Shown here: one piece after another, positions 60,782-64,000 of the stretch
How the letters are laid out: every line of letters starts with the position of its first letter
Numbering within the stretch: the first letter of the stretch is position 1
NCBI GenBank assembly: GCA_963785725.1
Contig: CAWAWS010000025.1
Location: forward strand, 1 to 64,000
From: an uncultured delta proteobacterium
GTDB taxonomy: Bacteria; Myxococcota_A; Polyangia; Palsa-1104
Direction of reading: 5' to 3'
DNA length: 64,000 bases
The notes under the pieces: model-generated
The model's database searches: none
What the model was told of the DNA's origin: nothing
Seen by the model: the letters and a program-made list of their open reading frames with translations, nothing else
Made by a program: the position numbers and the translations under genes

Positions 60782-63700
60782 TCGTCAACGAGCTGCGCCT
60801 CGAGCGCTTCGGCCACTTCACCGACGCGGCGCTGCCGCTCGCCCCGGGCCTGACGCTGCTGTACGGCCCCAACGAAGCCGGCAAGTCGACGCTGCTGGCG
60901 GCGTTGCGCGCGTTTCTGTTCGGCTTTCCGCGCGGCCAGCACTTCGACTTCCGCTTCCCGTCCGATTCGTTGGCGGTCGCCGGCACGCTGGCCTTCGCCG
61001 ACGGCGCCGTGGCCGAGCTGCGCCGCGAGAAAAAGCGCGGCTTCAAGGGCAAGTTGGGCGAGCTGGCGCTGACCGAGGAGCTCTTGCGCGCGCGCCTCGG
61101 CCGTCCGTCGGAGCCGCTCTACTCGACGGTGTTCGCGTTCTCGCTCGAGGATTTGGCGCGCGGCGGTGAGGCCTTGCGCGATGAAGGGCTGCGCGCCGCG
61201 CTCGCCGGCGCCGGCGTGGGCGCGGTCAAGAGCCCGCAAGCGGTCATCGAGGCCTTGCGCAAGCAGGCGGAGGAGCTGTTCACCGCCAAAGGTCGCAGCG
61301 GCAAGGCGATCACGGGCGCGCTCGGCGCCATCAAAGACGAGCGCAAGGCGCTGAGCGACGCGCAGGTGCGCGGCGAGGACTATCGCGCCCGCGTCGGCGA
61401 GCGCGATGCCGCCAAGCTGGAGGCGGCGCGCCTCGGCGACGAGCGCAAGCGGCTGCTGCAGCGCGCGGGCGAGCAGGAGGCGCTCCTGCGCGCGTTGCCG
61501 CGGCGCGACGAGTTGCGCGGCGCCGAGGCCGAGCGGCGCGCGCTGGCGCCGCCGCCGGGGCTGCCGCCCAATGCCGGCCAAGAATATGCGCGCGTTCGCG
61601 ACGAGCGGACCCGGCTCGACGAGCGGGCGCGCGAGATCGCCGACAAGCTGAGCCGGACGCAGCGCGAGGCGGCGACGCTCGTCGTCGACGAGGCGCTGTT
61701 GGCGGCGGCGCCGCGCGTGCGCCCGCTGCACGAGCACCTCGGTCGTTACACGCAAGAGACGCTCGAGCTCGACGAGCTGGCGCTATCGCTGCGCGCGCGG
61801 CGGGCCGAGGTCACGCGCCAGCTCGGCGAGCTGCGCGCGGGCTGGACGCCGGACGAGCTCGACGTCCTGCCGCATCCGCTGTTCACCAACGTGCTCGAGC
61901 GGCTGCGCGAAGAGTGGTCGGCGCAGCGGCAGCAAGCGCGCGAGCTCGCCGAGCTGACCGCGCGCCAGGCGCAGCTGACCGGCGACCGCGAACGCTTACG
62001 GCGACGGCTCGATCCGCCCTGGCCGCTCGACGACGTCACGCCGCTGCTGCCGGTGCCGCGCGCCGAAGAGATGAAGCAGCACCGCGCCGCCATGGCCAAG
62101 CTCGACAAGACGTTGGCCGAGCTTGCGCGCGACGAAGAGCGCCTCAGGCAGGAGCAGCGCGAGCTCGAGAGCAAGCGGGCGCGGCTCGATGCCGGCGGGC
62201 CGGTGCCGTCGTCGGAGGAGCTGATTCGACTGCGCGCGACGCGTGACGCGGCCTGGGCGGCGCTCAGGCTGGCGCTGGGCGCGACGACGTCCGACGACGC
62301 GCCGCAGCGCGCGGCGCGGGTGGCGCTGGCCGACACGTTCGTCGCCGCGGCGACGGCGGCCGATGCGCACGCCGACGAGCTGCGCCGCCGCTCCGAAGAC
62401 GTGGCCGCGCGCGCCGAGCTGACCTTGCGCCTCGGCGAAGTCGAACGGACGCGCGTCGATCGCGCGGCGGCGCTGGCGGCGACGACGGCGGAACGCGCGC
62501 GCGCCGAGTCGGCCTGGCACGAGCTGTGGAGCCGCTGCGGCTTCGTCCCGCAATCGCCGGACACGATGCTGGAGTGGCTCGGCGACCACGCGGCGCTGCG
62601 CGACGTCGACGGCGAGCGCCAGCGCGTCGACGCCCGCGCCGCCACGCTGCAAGCCGGGCAAGACGACTACAAGCAGCGGCTGCAGCAGGTCATGAAGACG
62701 CTCAAGCTCGACGTGACGGAGCTGGCGGCGCAAAAGCGCATCGTCAATCTCGTCGTCGAGCTGCGCGAGACGCTGGACGAGCTGCGCCGCGACGACGAGC
62801 GACTGCGTAAGCTGCAGGCGAGCGTGCGCGCCTTCGTCGACGACGTGCGCAAGCTGTGCAAGGAGACCGTGCCGCACCTCGAGCCGCTCGACGCCGCGGC
62901 GGCGATGCGCGCGCTCGACGAGCGGCTGCGCGCGGCGACGACGGCGCAGCAGCGGCGCGACGAGCTCGTGCGCAGCGAGCGTGAGCTCACCGACGACCAA
63001 GCGCGCGCCGAGTCGCGCCGCGCCGACGTGGCGACGACCTTGACCGCGTGGCGCCGCCGCGCGCAGCTCGACGAAGACGACGATGACGCCTTCCTGCGCG
63101 CCGCCGCCGCCGCCCGCCGCGCCGACGAGCTCGACCGCGAGATCGAGCGCCTCGTGCGCGCCGTGGCCGAGGCGCGCGGCGGCATGGCGGCGCCGGCGTT
63201 CGCCGCCGCGCTGGAGACGGCCGAGCGCGCGCTCGTCGATGACGAGCTGGCCCGCCTGCGCGTCGAGCTCGAAGGCGTCGAGCAGCTCTATCGCGCCGCC
63301 AATCAGCGTCTCGGCGCCGCCGAAGCCCAGCTCGGCCTGCTCGACGGCGGCGCCAAAGCGGCCGAGCTGACGATGGGCCTCGAGTCACGCCGCGCCGAGC
63401 TGCGCGGCTTCGTCGACGAATATGCGGTCGTGACCTTGGCGCGCGCGCTGCTCGAGAAGCAAGTGGCGCGCTTCCAAGAGCGTCATCAGCCGCAATTGTT
63501 GGGCGAGCTGTCGTCGCTGTTCGCGGCGCTGACCGAGGGCCGCTACCAGCGCGTCTACCAGCGCCTCGACGACGAGAGCACCTTCGTGGCCGTGCGCGCC
63601 GACGGCGTCGAGGTCACGCCGCGGGCGATGTCGACGGGTACGCGCGAGCAGCTCTACCTCGCCGTGCGCCTCGCTTACGTGCGCCACTATTGCGCGGCGT

Positions 63701-63894
63701 CGGAGCCGCTGCCGCTCGTGCTCGACGACGTGCTCGTCAACTTCGACGCCGACCGCGCCCGCGCCACCTTGCGCGTCTTGGCCGACTTCGCGACGCGCTC
63801 GCAGGTGCTCATGCTCACCTGCCATGCGCACCTGGCCGCGCTCGCCGCCGACGTCGCCGGCGTCACGCCGCTGCCGCTGCCCGCCCGCGCCTAA
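60778..63894 (+). CDS. yhaN: Rad50/SbcC-like SMC ATPase (YhaN, AAA_27 family)
   Basis: ATGA overlap; Walker A GPNEAGKST, long coiled coil, signature MSTGTREQLYLA.RLA, Walker B LVLDD.LVNFD..R and LTCH. Confidence 0.93.
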   Translation: MIVNELRLERFGHFTDAALPLAPGLTLLYGPNEAGKSTLLAALRAFLFGFPRGQHFDFRFPSDSLAVAGTLAFADGAVAELRREKKRGFKGKLGELALTEELLRARLGRPSEPLYSTVFAFSLEDLARGGEALRDEGLRAALAGAGVGAVKSPQAVIEALRKQAEELFTAKGRSGKAITGALGAIKDERKALSDAQVRGEDYRARVGERDAAKLEAARLGDERKRLLQRAGEQEALLRALPRRDELRGAEAERRALAPPPGLPPNAGQEYARVRDERTRLDERAREIADKLSRTQREAATLVVDEALLAAAPRVRPLHEHLGRYTQETLELDELALSLRARRAEVTRQLGELRAGWTPDELDVLPHPLFTNVLERLREEWSAQRQQARELAELTARQAQLTGDRERLRRRLDPPWPLDDVTPLLPVPRAEEMKQHRAAMAKLDKTLAELARDEERLRQEQRELESKRARLDAGGPVPSSEELIRLRATRDAAWAALRLALGATTSDDAPQRAARVALADTFVAAATAADAHADELRRRSEDVAARAELTLRLGEVERTRVDRAAALAATTAERARAESAWHELWSRCGFVPQSPDTMLEWLGDHAALRDVDGERQRVDARAATLQAGQDDYKQRLQQVMKTLKLDVTELAAQKRIVNLVVELRETLDELRRDDERLRKLQASVRAFVDDVRKLCKETVPHLEPLDAAAAMRALDERLRAATTAQQRRDELVRSERELTDDQARAESRRADVATTLTAWRRRAQLDEDDDDAFLRAAAAARRADELDREIERLVRAVAEARGGMAAPAFAAALETAERALVDDELARLRVELEGVEQLYRAANQRLGAAEAQLGLLDGGAKAAELTMGLESRRAELRGFVDEYAVVTLARALLEKQVARFQERHQPQLLGELSSLFAALTEGRYQRVYQRLDDESTFVAVRADGVEVTPRAMSTGTREQLYLAVRLAYVRHYCAASEPLPLVLDDVLVNFDADRARATLRVLADFATRSQVLMLTCHAHLAALAADVAGVTPLPLPARA

Positions 63895-63903
63895 CGCCGG
63901 CTG

Positions 63904-64000
63904 TTACAGCGGTTGCCGCACGCTGCGCCGCCGTGGGCGCGGTCGATTCTCGCCGTCGGTCGTCGGCCGCGGATCGTGCGTCACCGTCGGCCCCGGCTCC
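63904..64000 (-). CDS. Possible 3' end of a convergent gene starting beyond the window
   Basis: Open minus-strand frame EPGPTVTHDPRPTTDGENRPRPRRRSVRQPL ending at TAA 63904-63906. Confidence 0.3.
   Translation of the reverse strand, partial: EPGPTVTHDPRPTTDGENRPRPRRRSVRQPL

Noticed and set aside
59555..63894. yhaO-yhaN as a novel anti-phage nuclease-SMC system
   Set aside because: It matches the widespread YhaO/YhaN (SbcCD-like) pair with standard motifs and host-like codon usage; no defence-island context is visible.

Overview
A 64-kb, high-GC bacterial segment whose gene content suggests Myxococcota/Polyangia (inference from the giant TPR protein, FHA-GGDEF cyclase, sigma54 NtrC-type regulator and Myxococcus-type LexA box). 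It starts at the end of an IS4-family element. Then come an IclR regulator, a discoidin-fused GT-C-like membrane protein, tRNA-Sec (selC) and a Lys/Ala-rich histone-like Cys/His-motif protein. A translationally coupled operon follows (tandem D-Ala-D-Ala-ligase-like ATP-grasp, DmpA peptidase, two TonB-C-like proteins), then a two-component pair, lipid-turnover/c-di-GMP genes and aspartokinase. A coupled dctP(TatP)-3,403-aa TPR-tatT-cbiR operon and a second dctP coupled to apbE lie in the middle. The right part holds a LexA-controlled imuA-imuB-dnaE2 mutasome, a divergent CrtD/CrtI-like desaturase coupled to a flavin-dependent halogenase-like gene and an orphan ORF, a PNGase F-like lipoprotein, PadR plus methyltransferase, and yhaO-yhaN. 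Four genes, and probably the tRNA, each carry one extra base, which most likely reflects long-read insertion errors. The best candidates for undescribed biology are the desaturase-halogenase operon, the TPAT/giant-TPR/CbiR operon, the ATP-grasp/DmpA/TonB-C operon and a pair of 28-bp palindromic sites at 57.8-57.9 kb. All family calls come from motif recognition by eye; no database searches were run.
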